Positions 9,713-19,683 are shown, counted from the first letter of the stretch. The stretch is DNA of 64,000 nt from an uncultured Candidatus Bathyarchaeia archaeon (GCA_964508155.1 CAZDRE010000008.1:10910-74909); one strand, 5' to 3'. Notes: a model not told the origin generated them from the letters alone. Numbers and translations are program-made.

Positions 9713-11751
9713 CAGAAGAGATAGTTATGGATAAGCCTGAGGAGAGATTCCAGATAATCCTGAAGTCCGATAAGTATCGTGAAAGGATATCTCAGATGGC
9801 ATTAAACGGTTCAACCTCGCTTGTAATAGACTTCGAGGATATCCTCATCGCCGATAGTAAGCTCGCCGAGGAACTACTTGAGAATCCAGATGAGTATCTG
9901 GAGTATGGGAATCAGGCGGCCTTTGATCAGCTGCAGATACAGGAGCCCGAGTATGCTGAGAGGATCAGAGATGAAGGTGTTACTGTTAGGATTAGGGGGA
10001 TACCATATGTAACTCCGCTTAGGGAGCTCAGCTCGAGGCATATAGGGAAGCTTGTGATGATCGAGGGGATCGTTATTAGGGCGACGACTGTTAGGCCGCT
10101 TGTAACGAAGGCAGTCTTTAAGTGTAGGAGATGCGATCAATTGATAGAGGTTCCCCAGACAGGAACATACTTGACGCCTCCATCGAAGTGCACAAATCCG
10201 GATTGTAAGGCGACTGGAGGATTCGAGTTTGTTCAGGAGGAATCCGAATTCATAGATTCGCAGGAGATTAGGATTCAGGAGTATCCAGAGGAGCTCCCTC
10301 CCGGACAGACTCCACGTTCACTTAACATCCAGCTCGTTGGAAGGGATATTGTAGATGTCGCTCAGCCCGGAGATAGGGTTTACGTGGTTGGGATAGTTAG
10401 GGCTGAGGCCAAATCCTACCCTAGAAGCGGGAAGCTTAGGGCCTTCGGGTTATGCTTAGATGCGAATTATATTGATACGAGGAGTAAGGAGCCGGAGGCC
10501 ATAGAGATCACGCCTGAGGAGGAGAGGAAGATACTTGAGATAGCGAAGGATCCTAACGTTCATGATAGGATCATACGCTCAATAGCGCCGTCGATCTACG
10601 GATATGAGCATATAAAGGAGGCTATAATGTATCTGCTCTTCGGAGGAGTTCCGAAGCATCTTCCAGACATAAACATTAGGGGAGAACTCAACATACTCCT
10701 TGTGGGGGATCCGGGAACAGCTAAGTCTCAGCTGCTCAGATACGTGCCCAAGATAGCCCCTCGGGGATTATATACGAGCGGGAGGGGGACAACAGCGGCT
10801 GGCTTAACGGCTGCTGTTCTGCCAAGCTCATCGGGCGGGATGACCCTTGAAGCCGGAGCCCTGGTTCTGGCGGATAGGGGGATAGCATGCATAGACGAGA
10901 TCGACAAGATGAGGCCTGAGGATAGAGTTGCCATTCACGAGGCTATGGAGCAGCATACGATCTCGATAGCTAAGGGAGGTATAGTTGCTACGTTAAATGC
11001 TAGGGCGGCCATACTTGCCGCTGCGAATCCCGCGCTTGGAAGATACGATCCATACAGAACGGTTGCGGAGAACATCTCCCTTCCCGTTACTATACTCTCA
11101 AGGTTCGACTTGATCTTCGTTTTGAGGGATGTTCCTGAGAAGGATAGGGATTCGAGGATGAGCGAGCATATACTCGAGTTGCACAGGAGAAGGGCACCTC
11201 CAGCCGAGCCTGAGATCCCGCCGGATCTGCTTAGGAAGTACATCGCATACGCGAGGAGTATAAATCCCGTATTGACCCCTGAGGCAATGGAGAAGCTCAA
11301 GGAGTTCTATATGGAGATGCGTTCTGCAAGTGAGGCTGAGGGTTCACCTATTGCTATAACGGCACGTCAGCTTGAATCCTTGGTTAGGATATCTGAAGCT
11401 AGGGCTAGGGCGGCTCTTAGGGATCGCGTCCTACCGGAGGATGCTGAGCATGCCATTGCCATAATGAGACGTTCACTGGAAGAGGCTGGTATCGACGTAT
11501 CATCGCATAAGATAGACATCGACATAATAATGACTGGGAAGCCTAAGAGCCTACAGGATAAGCTCCGCCTTGTCCTCAACGTGCTGGTTGATATGGAGAG
11601 GGATACTGGTGTTGTTAAGAGGAGCGAGCTGATCGAGAAGCTCACAACAGAATATGATCTTACAAGAACCGAGGTTGAGAGGTTGATCGGTCAGCTCATA
11701 AGAGAAGGAACTATTTATGAGCCGAGAAATGGATACTTAAAGAAAACTTAG
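9709..11751 (+). CDS. mcm: Replicative helicase MCM
   Basis: Zn finger CRRC..CTNPDC, GDPGTAKS, IDEIDKM, SRFD, ITARQLE, C-terminal wHTH; no intein. Confidence 0.97.
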   Translation: MTEEIVMDKPEERFQIILKSDKYRERISQMALNGSTSLVIDFEDILIADSKLAEELLENPDEYLEYGNQAAFDQLQIQEPEYAERIRDEGVTVRIRGIPYVTPLRELSSRHIGKLVMIEGIVIRATTVRPLVTKAVFKCRRCDQLIEVPQTGTYLTPPSKCTNPDCKATGGFEFVQEESEFIDSQEIRIQEYPEELPPGQTPRSLNIQLVGRDIVDVAQPGDRVYVVGIVRAEAKSYPRSGKLRAFGLCLDANYIDTRSKEPEAIEITPEEERKILEIAKDPNVHDRIIRSIAPSIYGYEHIKEAIMYLLFGGVPKHLPDINIRGELNILLVGDPGTAKSQLLRYVPKIAPRGLYTSGRGTTAAGLTAAVLPSSSGGMTLEAGALVLADRGIACIDEIDKMRPEDRVAIHEAMEQHTISIAKGGIVATLNARAAILAAANPALGRYDPYRTVAENISLPVTILSRFDLIFVLRDVPEKDRDSRMSEHILELHRRRAPPAEPEIPPDLLRKYIAYARSINPVLTPEAMEKLKEFYMEMRSASEAEGSPIAITARQLESLVRISEARARAALRDRVLPEDAEHAIAIMRRSLEEAGIDVSSHKIDIDIIMTGKPKSLQDKLRLVLNVLVDMERDTGVVKRSELIEKLTTEYDLTRTEVERLIGQLIREGTIYEPRNGYLKKT

Positions 11752-11768
11752 AAAAAAGGGCTTAGAAC

Positions 11769-14006
11769 TTGCGCTGTGAAGAGTTAGATCTGCCTGATCA
11801 GGTGAGGAACCTGCTGATAAACTCGGGGATAACCGAGCTATTCCCGCCTCAAGTAGAGGCTATTCGAGCCGGAGCCCTTAAAGGAAGAAACCTTCTCCTC
11901 GCAAGTCCAACGGCATCTGGGAAGACTCTGATCGCAGAGATATGCGCCATTAAGCATATACTCGAGAATGACGGGAAGGTTCTGTATCTCTCGCCGCTTA
12001 GAGCTCTGGCAAACGAGAAGTATGAGGAATTCAAGAAGTACGAGGCTCTCGTGAAGGGTGATGGCGCTAAGATAAGAGTTGGGATAAGCACGGGAGACTT
12101 TGACAGCAGCGATCCATGGCTTGGAAGATACGATATCATAGTTACGACGAATGAGAAGTGTGACTCTCTTTTACGTCATAGATCCCCTTGGATAGATGAG
12201 ATAACGCTTATCGTCGCAGATGAGATCCACCTGCTCAACGACCTCGACCGAGGGCCGACACTTGAAATTGTGCTTACACGACTGAGACAGGTGAATCCGA
12301 ATGCTCAGATACTAGCCTTAAGTGCAACTGTAAGTAATGCTGAGGATATAGCCGAGTGGCTAAATGCCATTCCGATAACGATGAATTGGAGGCCAGTTAA
12401 GCTCAGAGAGGGAGTTCTGATGGGAACCGAGATCCAATTTAAGGATGGAGGGTCAATCAGGATTAAGAGGAGGATCGCTCATCCAGCCATTAACTTAGCT
12501 CTGCATGCCATACAGCAGGGAGGGCAAGTTCTGATCTTCGCTTCTACTAGGAGAAACGCAGTAAACTTGGCTAAGAAGGCCGCTCCGAAGATCGGGGAGT
12601 TACTGTCAAAGGCGGCTAAACGCTCATTGGAGAAGCTGGCAAATGAGATCCTAGCGGCGAATGAGAGGACTAGGATAAGCGATCTACTCGCCGATCTCGT
12701 GAGGAATGGGGTTGCCTTCCACCATGCTGGGCTATCCCCATCCCACAGGAGGATAATTGAGGATGCATTCCGCGATGGCAGGATAAAGGCTTTAACTGCG
12801 ACTCCCACACTTGCATTTGGAGTTAACCTTCCAGCGCGGATGGTAATCATAAGCGACTATAGAAGGTACGAGCCTGGATATGGCTATTATCCCATAAGCG
12901 TGCTCGAGTATAAGCAGATGGTTGGACGTGCCGGCAGGCCTCGATACGATGAGGTTGGGGAGTCAGTTCTTATAGCCAAGACTGAAGAGGAGAGGGATTA
13001 TCTCTTCGCAAGCTTCGTCCTGGCTAAGCCTGAGAGGATATGGTCTAAGCTTGGAGTTGAGAGGATCCTTAGATCTCACGTTTTGGCCACGGTAGCCTCG
13101 AAGTTCGCCCATTCAGAGCGTGGAATCTACGATTTCTTCGGGAGAACCCTATATGCCTATCAGTATGATCTTCGGGCCATAAAGGGGCTGATAGCTAAGA
13201 TACTTAAGTTCCTCTATAGGGAGGAGATGATCAGCGTTGAGGGAGATGAGATTAGGGCTACCCGCTTCGGAAGGAGAGTCTCGCAGCTCTATATAGACCC
13301 ATTATCGGCGATAATCATAAGGGACGGCTTACTTAAGAGAGCTCCGCGAATAAGCGAGATAAGCTTTCTACACATGATAGCGCATACCCCAGATATGTAT
13401 CCGAAGATCAGATGCTCCCATAAGGAGATAGATAGGATCTCGCTGTTCCTCGATGAGCATAGGGACGAATTAATGTTCGAGGAGCCGGATGAATGGGCTG
13501 ACAGCATAGCATACGAGGAGTTTCTGGGAGAGTTGAAGACTGCATTAGTTTTAAAGGCGTGGATAGATGAGAGGTCGGAGGATGAAATAATAGAGAAGTT
13601 CGGAGTTGAGCCTGGAGACCTTTATAGGCTGATCTCAACTAGCGACTGGCTCCTATACGCAACGCAGGAGCTGGCGAGCCTATTGGGGCAGAGGGATCTA
13701 CTGCCGAGAATAGCCGAGCTCCGCGAGAGGGTTGCGAAGGGAGTTAAGTCTGAGCTCATTCCACTCGTCAGGCTTGAGGGCGTCGGGAGGGTTAGGGCTA
13801 GAATAATGTTCAATGCGGGCTTTAGGACATTGGGGGATCTCAGGAAAGCCTCAATAGAGGAGCTCTCACGTTTACCATCGATAGGAATGCGGATAGCCAA
13901 GAGGATTAAGGAGCAGGTTGGAGGATCCTTCAGCAGGGAGGAGTGGAGGAGGATCTCTGAGGCCAAGGATGCTGAGCAACAGGCTCTGACTGAATATTAT
14001 GAGTAG
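11769..14006 (+). CDS. hel308: Ski2-like SF2 DNA helicase Hel308/Hjm
   Basis: PTASGKT, DEIH, SAT, FHHAGL, QMVGRAGRP, C-terminal HhH. Confidence 0.95.
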   Translation: MRCEELDLPDQVRNLLINSGITELFPPQVEAIRAGALKGRNLLLASPTASGKTLIAEICAIKHILENDGKVLYLSPLRALANEKYEEFKKYEALVKGDGAKIRVGISTGDFDSSDPWLGRYDIIVTTNEKCDSLLRHRSPWIDEITLIVADEIHLLNDLDRGPTLEIVLTRLRQVNPNAQILALSATVSNAEDIAEWLNAIPITMNWRPVKLREGVLMGTEIQFKDGGSIRIKRRIAHPAINLALHAIQQGGQVLIFASTRRNAVNLAKKAAPKIGELLSKAAKRSLEKLANEILAANERTRISDLLADLVRNGVAFHHAGLSPSHRRIIEDAFRDGRIKALTATPTLAFGVNLPARMVIISDYRRYEPGYGYYPISVLEYKQMVGRAGRPRYDEVGESVLIAKTEEERDYLFASFVLAKPERIWSKLGVERILRSHVLATVASKFAHSERGIYDFFGRTLYAYQYDLRAIKGLIAKILKFLYREEMISVEGDEIRATRFGRRVSQLYIDPLSAIIIRDGLLKRAPRISEISFLHMIAHTPDMYPKIRCSHKEIDRISLFLDEHRDELMFEEPDEWADSIAYEEFLGELKTALVLKAWIDERSEDEIIEKFGVEPGDLYRLISTSDWLLYATQELASLLGQRDLLPRIAELRERVAKGVKSELIPLVRLEGVGRVRARIMFNAGFRTLGDLRKASIEELSRLPSIGMRIAKRIKEQVGGSFSREEWRRISEAKDAEQQALTEYYE

Positions 14007-14109
14007 GCTTATAATCACGGAGTTTCAGCCTTAACGCCTCAAACCGTTATATTTATCTTCCATCTTAACATTTACCATTAGACGTTAATTGACGGGTGGA
14101 TTTTACAGA

Positions 14110-15552
14110 ATGAACGTCATCGTTCTTATGGAGGATAGTCTACGCAGGGATCATCTGGGATGCTACGGGAACGATTGGATTAAAACTCCGAACATAGACA
14201 GGTTCGCCGCCGACTCGATCATCTTCGATTACGCCTACGCTGAGGGCTTACCCACGATACCCGTTAGGACGGCCATGCTGACGGGCAGATACACCCTCCC
14301 ATTCAGGGGATGGCAGCCCCTAGAGCAGTTAGATCTCGTTCTGCCAGAGATATTATGGGATAAGGGGGTTGAAACTGCTCTGATATCAGATACGTATCAC
14401 ATGCATAAGCCGAAAATGGGCTTCAGCAGGGGATTCGATTATGTCAAGTGGATCAGGGGGCAGGAGAGCGATCCATGGATCGTAGATCCAAACGTGAAGG
14501 TTGATTTATCGAAATACAGCGAGAAGAATTGGCATCCTGCATATCCAGGTCAGCCTCAGAGCGTCGTTAAGAGGCAATTCATACAGTATCTGAAGAATAG
14601 GGCTCATTGGAGGGGAGAGGAGGATCACCACATAGCCCAGGTTATCAAGGAATCCATAGATTGGCTTGAAAACTGGGTCTCAAACAAGAGACTTGACAGA
14701 TTCTTCCTCCTCATCGATAGCTTCGACCCGCATGAGCCATGGGATCCCCCAAGCGAGTATCTCGAGATGTATCCAGTTCCCGAGTATGCTGGGCTTCCAA
14801 TAATTTGGGGAGGAGGATCAGTTGAGGGATGGAGTCTAGCTGAAATCAGGCATATAAGGGCTCAGTATGCCGGGACGATTACACTATGCGATAAATGGAC
14901 CGGGGTTCTGCTTGAGAAGATCGATGAGCTCGGCCTCTTAGAGGATACCGCTATAATCTTCCTCTCTGATCATGGGGAGCCTCTCGGAGAGCATGGAATC
15001 ATAAAGAAGGTTAGGCCGTGGCCATACGATGAGCTCTCACACATACCATTCATCATACGCCTTCCAGACAAGATGGGACTGAAGAATAAACGCATAGAAT
15101 CCTTCGTTGGAGTTCAGGACATCGCGCCTACCGTCCTCAGACTCTTCGATCTAGACGTACCAGAGATAATGCAGGGCAGGGACTTAATGCCGATAATTCA
15201 GGGCGATGAGGAAGGAATGGATTTTGGAATAAGCGGCTTTCACAGAAGATCCTGGAGCATAAGAGATAAGGAATGGAGCTTCTACCTCTGGCTTGGACCT
15301 CGAATGGCCGGGGCAAAGGAGAAGCCTGAGCTCTACAGGTATGAGCCTGACTTTGTGCCCCCTGAACCAGCAAAATACGAGCTGGATAAGCATCAGTCTG
15401 AAAGAACGATCTTAACGGAGGAAGAAGCTGATAAGGCCAGGGAGATGGAGGAGAGATTAAAGGAGTTTGTTGAGTCCCTTAAGCCATCTCCTGGAGATCT
15501 TATGGCGAAAGAGTTCATGACGAGGCAGGCGACTCTACAGAGCCGGGCTTAG
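14110..15552 (+). CDS. Sulfatase / alkaline phosphatase superfamily hydrolase
   Basis: DSLRRDHLGCYG, TIPVRTAMLTG, DPHEPW, SDHGE. Confidence 0.88.
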   Translation: MNVIVLMEDSLRRDHLGCYGNDWIKTPNIDRFAADSIIFDYAYAEGLPTIPVRTAMLTGRYTLPFRGWQPLEQLDLVLPEILWDKGVETALISDTYHMHKPKMGFSRGFDYVKWIRGQESDPWIVDPNVKVDLSKYSEKNWHPAYPGQPQSVVKRQFIQYLKNRAHWRGEEDHHIAQVIKESIDWLENWVSNKRLDRFFLLIDSFDPHEPWDPPSEYLEMYPVPEYAGLPIIWGGGSVEGWSLAEIRHIRAQYAGTITLCDKWTGVLLEKIDELGLLEDTAIIFLSDHGEPLGEHGIIKKVRPWPYDELSHIPFIIRLPDKMGLKNKRIESFVGVQDIAPTVLRLFDLDVPEIMQGRDLMPIIQGDEEGMDFGISGFHRRSWSIRDKEWSFYLWLGPRMAGAKEKPELYRYEPDFVPPEPAKYELDKHQSERTILTEEEADKAREMEERLKEFVESLKPSPGDLMAKEFMTRQATLQSRA

Positions 15553-15569
15553 CATCCTCTGGCTCCTCT

Positions 15570-15710
15570 TTATTCTCCGCCCTCATCCTCCACGGGCTTG
15601 AATTCCTCGCATGATGGAGTATCTAGATACACGAATATGCCCTTCTTCTGGCATCTCACGACTGGTGGACATTGCAGTTCAGCATAGACACATTCAGCGC
15701 ATGTAGGCAT
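15570..15710 (-). CDS. 46-aa cysteine-rich small protein (MPTCAECVYAELQCPPVVRCQKKGIFVYLDTPSCEEFKPVEDEGGE)
   Basis: Below ORF-track cutoff; AGGTGA SD 4 nt before ATG; 5 Cys including CxxC. Confidence 0.7.
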   Translation of the reverse strand: MPTCAECVYAELQCPPVVRCQKKGIFVYLDTPSCEEFKPVEDEGGE

Positions 15711-15785
15711 ATTATCACCTCTCCCTATCTAATGAATTATCCTAATGTAAACCTTTCGTCATCGAAGCAGCTCTTATAATCTTTC

Positions 15786-16550
15786 TTAGCCGTCATATTC
15801 CTCAACTATTATCCTTTCCGGATGGGAGTAAATGTTTAGGCGCTCCCTACATGCAAACCCGATGAGTGTTATTCCCCTCTCAGATGAGATCTTAACTCCC
15901 CTATCTGTTGGAGCGGACATGGATACTATTACTGGGATACTCATACTTGCCGCTTTAATAGCTATGCCAGAGCTTACCCTTCCAGTCAATGCAAGCAGCA
16001 GTCGCCTCATGCTTAAGCCCCGAAGAGCCGCCTTTCCAACAACCTTATCTACGGCGCTGTATCTGCTGATATCCTCCGAGATGACTTGGATGCTTCCGGA
16101 CTCGTCAGCTAGTGCTGCTGCATGAACACCTCCGGTTCTTCTGTGGATCTCAGCAAGCGAATTTAAATCCTCTATAACATCTACTATGGCCTTACTGGAG
16201 AATCTAACGGGGGAGGCCTCGTCTCCATGCGGATTTGATAGATCCCCCATTGATCCATGTTGAGCATGTCTCATCCGGGCTCTTCTCAGATAGACATCAA
16301 CCCTTCCCTCGGAAACCTCCAATTTAGAGACCTCATCGATTCTGCGTATTACACCTTCAGTCATCAAGTATCCCATGATGAGCTCCCTGATCTCCGTTGG
16401 GCTTGCCGAGAGCACGGAGTATCTACGGCCATTAATATAAACCGCTAATGACGCCTCCACGGCGACCTCATCTACGAGTCTTTTAGTGCGTCCCCTTTTT
16501 AGATCGGCAAGTAAGACCTCACATTTGGTTATGGATGGCGTATTGGACAT
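15786..16550 (-). CDS. fdhD: FdhD/NarQ family sulfurtransferase-like protein (degenerate motifs)
   Basis: VAVE, GYLMTEG, TGGVHAAA, ED..R..AVDK, TGRVS, SAPT. Confidence 0.8.
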   Translation of the reverse strand: MSNTPSITKCEVLLADLKRGRTKRLVDEVAVEASLAVYINGRRYSVLSASPTEIRELIMGYLMTEGVIRRIDEVSKLEVSEGRVDVYLRRARMRHAQHGSMGDLSNPHGDEASPVRFSSKAIVDVIEDLNSLAEIHRRTGGVHAAALADESGSIQVISEDISRYSAVDKVVGKAALRGLSMRRLLLALTGRVSSGIAIKAASMSIPVIVSMSAPTDRGVKISSERGITLIGFACRERLNIYSHPERIIVEEYDG

Positions 16551-16648
16551 TCAGGTCATCCCATATATTCATCGATGATTGATCCTTTAGATTTTTATAA
16601 TGCACTCACGCTCATTCTAATGGATCCTCAATTCTGGAGGGGTGGAGT

Positions 16649-17200
16649 TTGGAGTTTAGGATTGGAAATGCGAAGATCCGAATTATACGTGGAGATATAA
16701 CTGAGCAGGAGACCGATGCCATCGTGAACGCCGCGAATAGCAGCTTAATGGGCGGAGGAGGGGTTGACGGCGCAATTCACAGGAAGGGCGGACCTAAGAT
16801 CCTTGAGGAATGTAAGAGGATAAGGAGGACTCAGTGGCCTAATGGATTACCAACTGGAAAGGCCGTTATAACGACGGGCGGAAACTTGAAGGCCAAATAT
16901 GTAATTCATACCGTTGGGCCTGTGTGGAGGGGAGGAAAGCATGGAGAGGCTGAGCTTCTAGCCGATGCCTACAGGAACTCGTTGAAGCTCGCGGTTTCCA
17001 AGGGTATAAAGACGATTTCATTCCCTGCCATAAGCACTGGGGCCTACGGCTATCCAATGGAGAAGGCCGCTGAGGTTGCATTAAAGACCGTAAGGGACTT
17101 CCTTGAGACTGAGGATAAATTGGATGAGGTAGTCTTCGTTCTCTTCACTGAGTCGGCATATAGGGTCTATGAGAGGAAAGCCGGGGAGATCCTCGCCTAA
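16649..17200 (+). CDS. Macrodomain O-acetyl-ADP-ribose deacetylase / ADP-ribose-1''-phosphatase
   Basis: GDIT, VNAAN, GGGGVDGAIH, FPAISTGAYGYP. Confidence 0.93.
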   Translation: MEFRIGNAKIRIIRGDITEQETDAIVNAANSSLMGGGGVDGAIHRKGGPKILEECKRIRRTQWPNGLPTGKAVITTGGNLKAKYVIHTVGPVWRGGKHGEAELLADAYRNSLKLAVSKGIKTISFPAISTGAYGYPMEKAAEVALKTVRDFLETEDKLDEVVFVLFTESAYRVYERKAGEILA

Positions 17201-17287
17201 TAATATTCTTATCGGCTTTAATGGCTTAACCGCATCTACGTATAGCCTTTAAGCCTTGATTTGAAAGACTCTTTGATGTGAGGGTGA

Positions 17288-18301
17288 ATGCTTCAAAGCG
17301 AGATTGTGAATGCATTAAGGAATCCAGAGGCGTATGATGAGGAAGTAGATTACGTTAGGGTTCTTCAGACGCATATCTCCTACATCTTTCTGACTGGGCG
17401 ATATGCATACAAGATTAAGAAGCCCGTGAACTTCGGCTTCTTAGACTTCACAACGCTCGAGAAGAGAAGATTCTACTGCGAAGAGGAGGTTAGACTGAAC
17501 AGGAGATTGTGCGGGGACATGTATATCGGCGTTTTACCAATCACATACTCCAGCGGCAAATTCAGGATTGGCGGCTCCGGAGAGCCTGTGGAGTATACCG
17601 TGAAGATGAGGGAGCTTCCGCAGGAGGCTTTGATGTCTGAGAGGCTTAGGAGGGGGGAGATAGACGTAAAAGTTATGGATGACATCGCGAGGATACTATC
17701 GGACTTTCATAGGAGAGCCGATACGAACAATGAGATCCGTGAATACGGCTCCATTAGAATTGTGAAGTTCAATTGGGATGAGAATTTTGATCAGACGAGG
17801 GAGTTCATTGGTAAGACTATAGGACGTGGGGAATACCTCTTCATTAAGCGTGTGATAAATGAGTTCTTGGAGAGGCAGAAGAACCTCTTTGAGTTGAGGC
17901 AGAAGAACGATAGGATTAGGGAGTGCCATGGTGATCTACATTCAAGGAATATCTTCATAGCCGATAAGATCTACATTTATGATGCGATAGAATTTAATAA
18001 GCGATTCAGATACTGCGATGTAGCATCTGATCTGGCATTTCTCCTCATGGATCTTGAATTCCTAAATCGTGGGGATCTATCGGCACGTCTCTTAGATAGA
18101 TACGTTGATTATAGCGGTGAGGGCGGTGACTTCCTTGAGATACTTCCCTTCTATAAATGTTATAGGGCTTATGTTAGAGGGAAGGTGACGAGCTTTAAAC
18201 TGAACGATCCATACATATCGGATGAGGAGAAGGAGAGGGCAGTGGAGACCGCTGAGAAATACTTTCAGATGAGCAAAGAGTATGCTGAGCAACTATTTTA
18301 G
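17288..18301 (+). CDS. Aminoglycoside phosphotransferase-like kinase (COG2187-type N-terminal half)
   Basis: QTHIS, AYKIKKPV, FLDFTT, HGDLH..NI, DAIEFN, YRAYVRGKV. Confidence 0.85.
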   Translation: MLQSEIVNALRNPEAYDEEVDYVRVLQTHISYIFLTGRYAYKIKKPVNFGFLDFTTLEKRRFYCEEEVRLNRRLCGDMYIGVLPITYSSGKFRIGGSGEPVEYTVKMRELPQEALMSERLRRGEIDVKVMDDIARILSDFHRRADTNNEIREYGSIRIVKFNWDENFDQTREFIGKTIGRGEYLFIKRVINEFLERQKNLFELRQKNDRIRECHGDLHSRNIFIADKIYIYDAIEFNKRFRYCDVASDLAFLLMDLEFLNRGDLSARLLDRYVDYSGEGGDFLEILPFYKCYRAYVRGKVTSFKLNDPYISDEEKERAVETAEKYFQMSKEYAEQLF

Positions 18302-18949
18302 GGAGTATTTCCCGATGAGCCTTCTGATCGACTGCAGTATCTCCTTTAGACCCTCATCCTCAACTCCAACATTTCTAACCTCAACCTTCTCGGAGAGAGT
18401 ATTGAATATTATCGTTGGGATCCGGTCTGACATAGGCGGCTCATAGGAGCGTTTCACCTTATAGTATATCTGCATCTTCTTGACGTTTGAGACTGAATCC
18501 TTAAGATTTCTTCTCTTCTTCAACCTTTCCTTAATAGCTCTTTCTGGGCATACACACTCTATGAGGAATGCGGGGACATTCAGCCTTTTGGATACAGCGT
18601 ATATCCTCTCCCTTAGACTCCTCTTATAGAATGTCCCATCGAGAATTACATTGTTCCTCTTTAGCAGTAGAGCCTCAACCCTCCTGATGAGCTCATCATA
18701 GACCATCATCTTCTGCTTCCATATCATACGCTGATAATAATCCGGTATGCTCCTCTGCCTATCGAATACCCTTTCGAGATCATATTGCATGGGATCCTCC
18801 GCCTTTAGAACCTCCTCCAGAGAAGCGTCCTTGAAGAGCTCCCTTCTTATAACGTCTGTCCTGAGAATTTCGCCTCCCAAATCTGAGGATAAATGCTTAG
18901 CTAATGTACTCTTGCCGGTTCCGGGGAGACCGCAGACTATTATGAGCAT
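18293..18949 (-). CDS. P-loop kinase (AAA_33/COG0645-type)
   Basis: GLPGTGKST, RTDVIRREL, VILDGTF. Confidence 0.85.
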   Translation of the reverse strand: MLIIVCGLPGTGKSTLAKHLSSDLGGEILRTDVIRRELFKDASLEEVLKAEDPMQYDLERVFDRQRSIPDYYQRMIWKQKMMVYDELIRRVEALLLKRNNVILDGTFYKRSLRERIYAVSKRLNVPAFLIECVCPERAIKERLKKRRNLKDSVSNVKKMQIYYKVKRSYEPPMSDRIPTIIFNTLSEKVEVRNVGVEDEGLKEILQSIRRLIGKYSLK

Positions 18950-19032
18950 CTTCAGCCAAGATTAAATATTTAATTCATCCTCAAAAGTTTTAGCTGGAAT
19001 GACTTATTAAATGGCTCTGAGGAGAATTCGTT

Positions 19033-19683
19033 ATGAGGAAGATTGAGTTCCGATTGGGCAGGAGGCATCTTACGCTTGAGGTTCCGCCGTTCTTCATTGA
19101 TTTTAGGAAGAGAAACTTCAGCTCTATGATGACGAGACGGGTTTCCGGAGATGAGGGAACGCTCTTTTATGTTTATATTACAAGAAAGAACCAAATGTCC
19201 AAGCTTTTAATATTGAAGAGCATGCATCCCGGGATCTTCATGCCTCCCAGATTAACGATAAATGAGACCTTCACCCGCGAGGAGATAAATGACTTTATAG
19301 ACTCTGTCAGGGAGCTCGAGAGGACATGGGAGTATCAGGATCATGGTTTATGGAAGATGAGAATTAACGGCTTCACCGTATACATGGTTCTTGTCATAGG
19401 GGCTGATAGGTGGACTGTTAGGGCTATGATATCGAAGGATGGGATGCCCGGCTACGGGGTTGAATTACCTGTAGAACCAAAGCTATCCGAGAGATTATTG
19501 GAGGAGTTGACTCCGGAGGAGAAGCATGACATGGAGATCCATGAGCACGTAGAGAATAGGCACTTCCACTTCACCGTCTACAGCATCGAAAGATTCATAG
19601 ATCTCGTTAAGAGATACGATTATTACTTCGCCCGGAAGGAGATATGGGAGCAGAGCGTAAGGATCGAGGATATGTCATATTGA
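19033..19683 (+). CDS. Hypothetical protein
   Basis: 216-aa ORF with GAGGAG SD; no family recognised. Confidence 0.7.
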   Translation: MRKIEFRLGRRHLTLEVPPFFIDFRKRNFSSMMTRRVSGDEGTLFYVYITRKNQMSKLLILKSMHPGIFMPPRLTINETFTREEINDFIDSVRELERTWEYQDHGLWKMRINGFTVYMVLVIGADRWTVRAMISKDGMPGYGVELPVEPKLSERLLEELTPEEKHDMEIHEHVENRHFHFTVYSIERFIDLVKRYDYYFARKEIWEQSVRIEDMSY

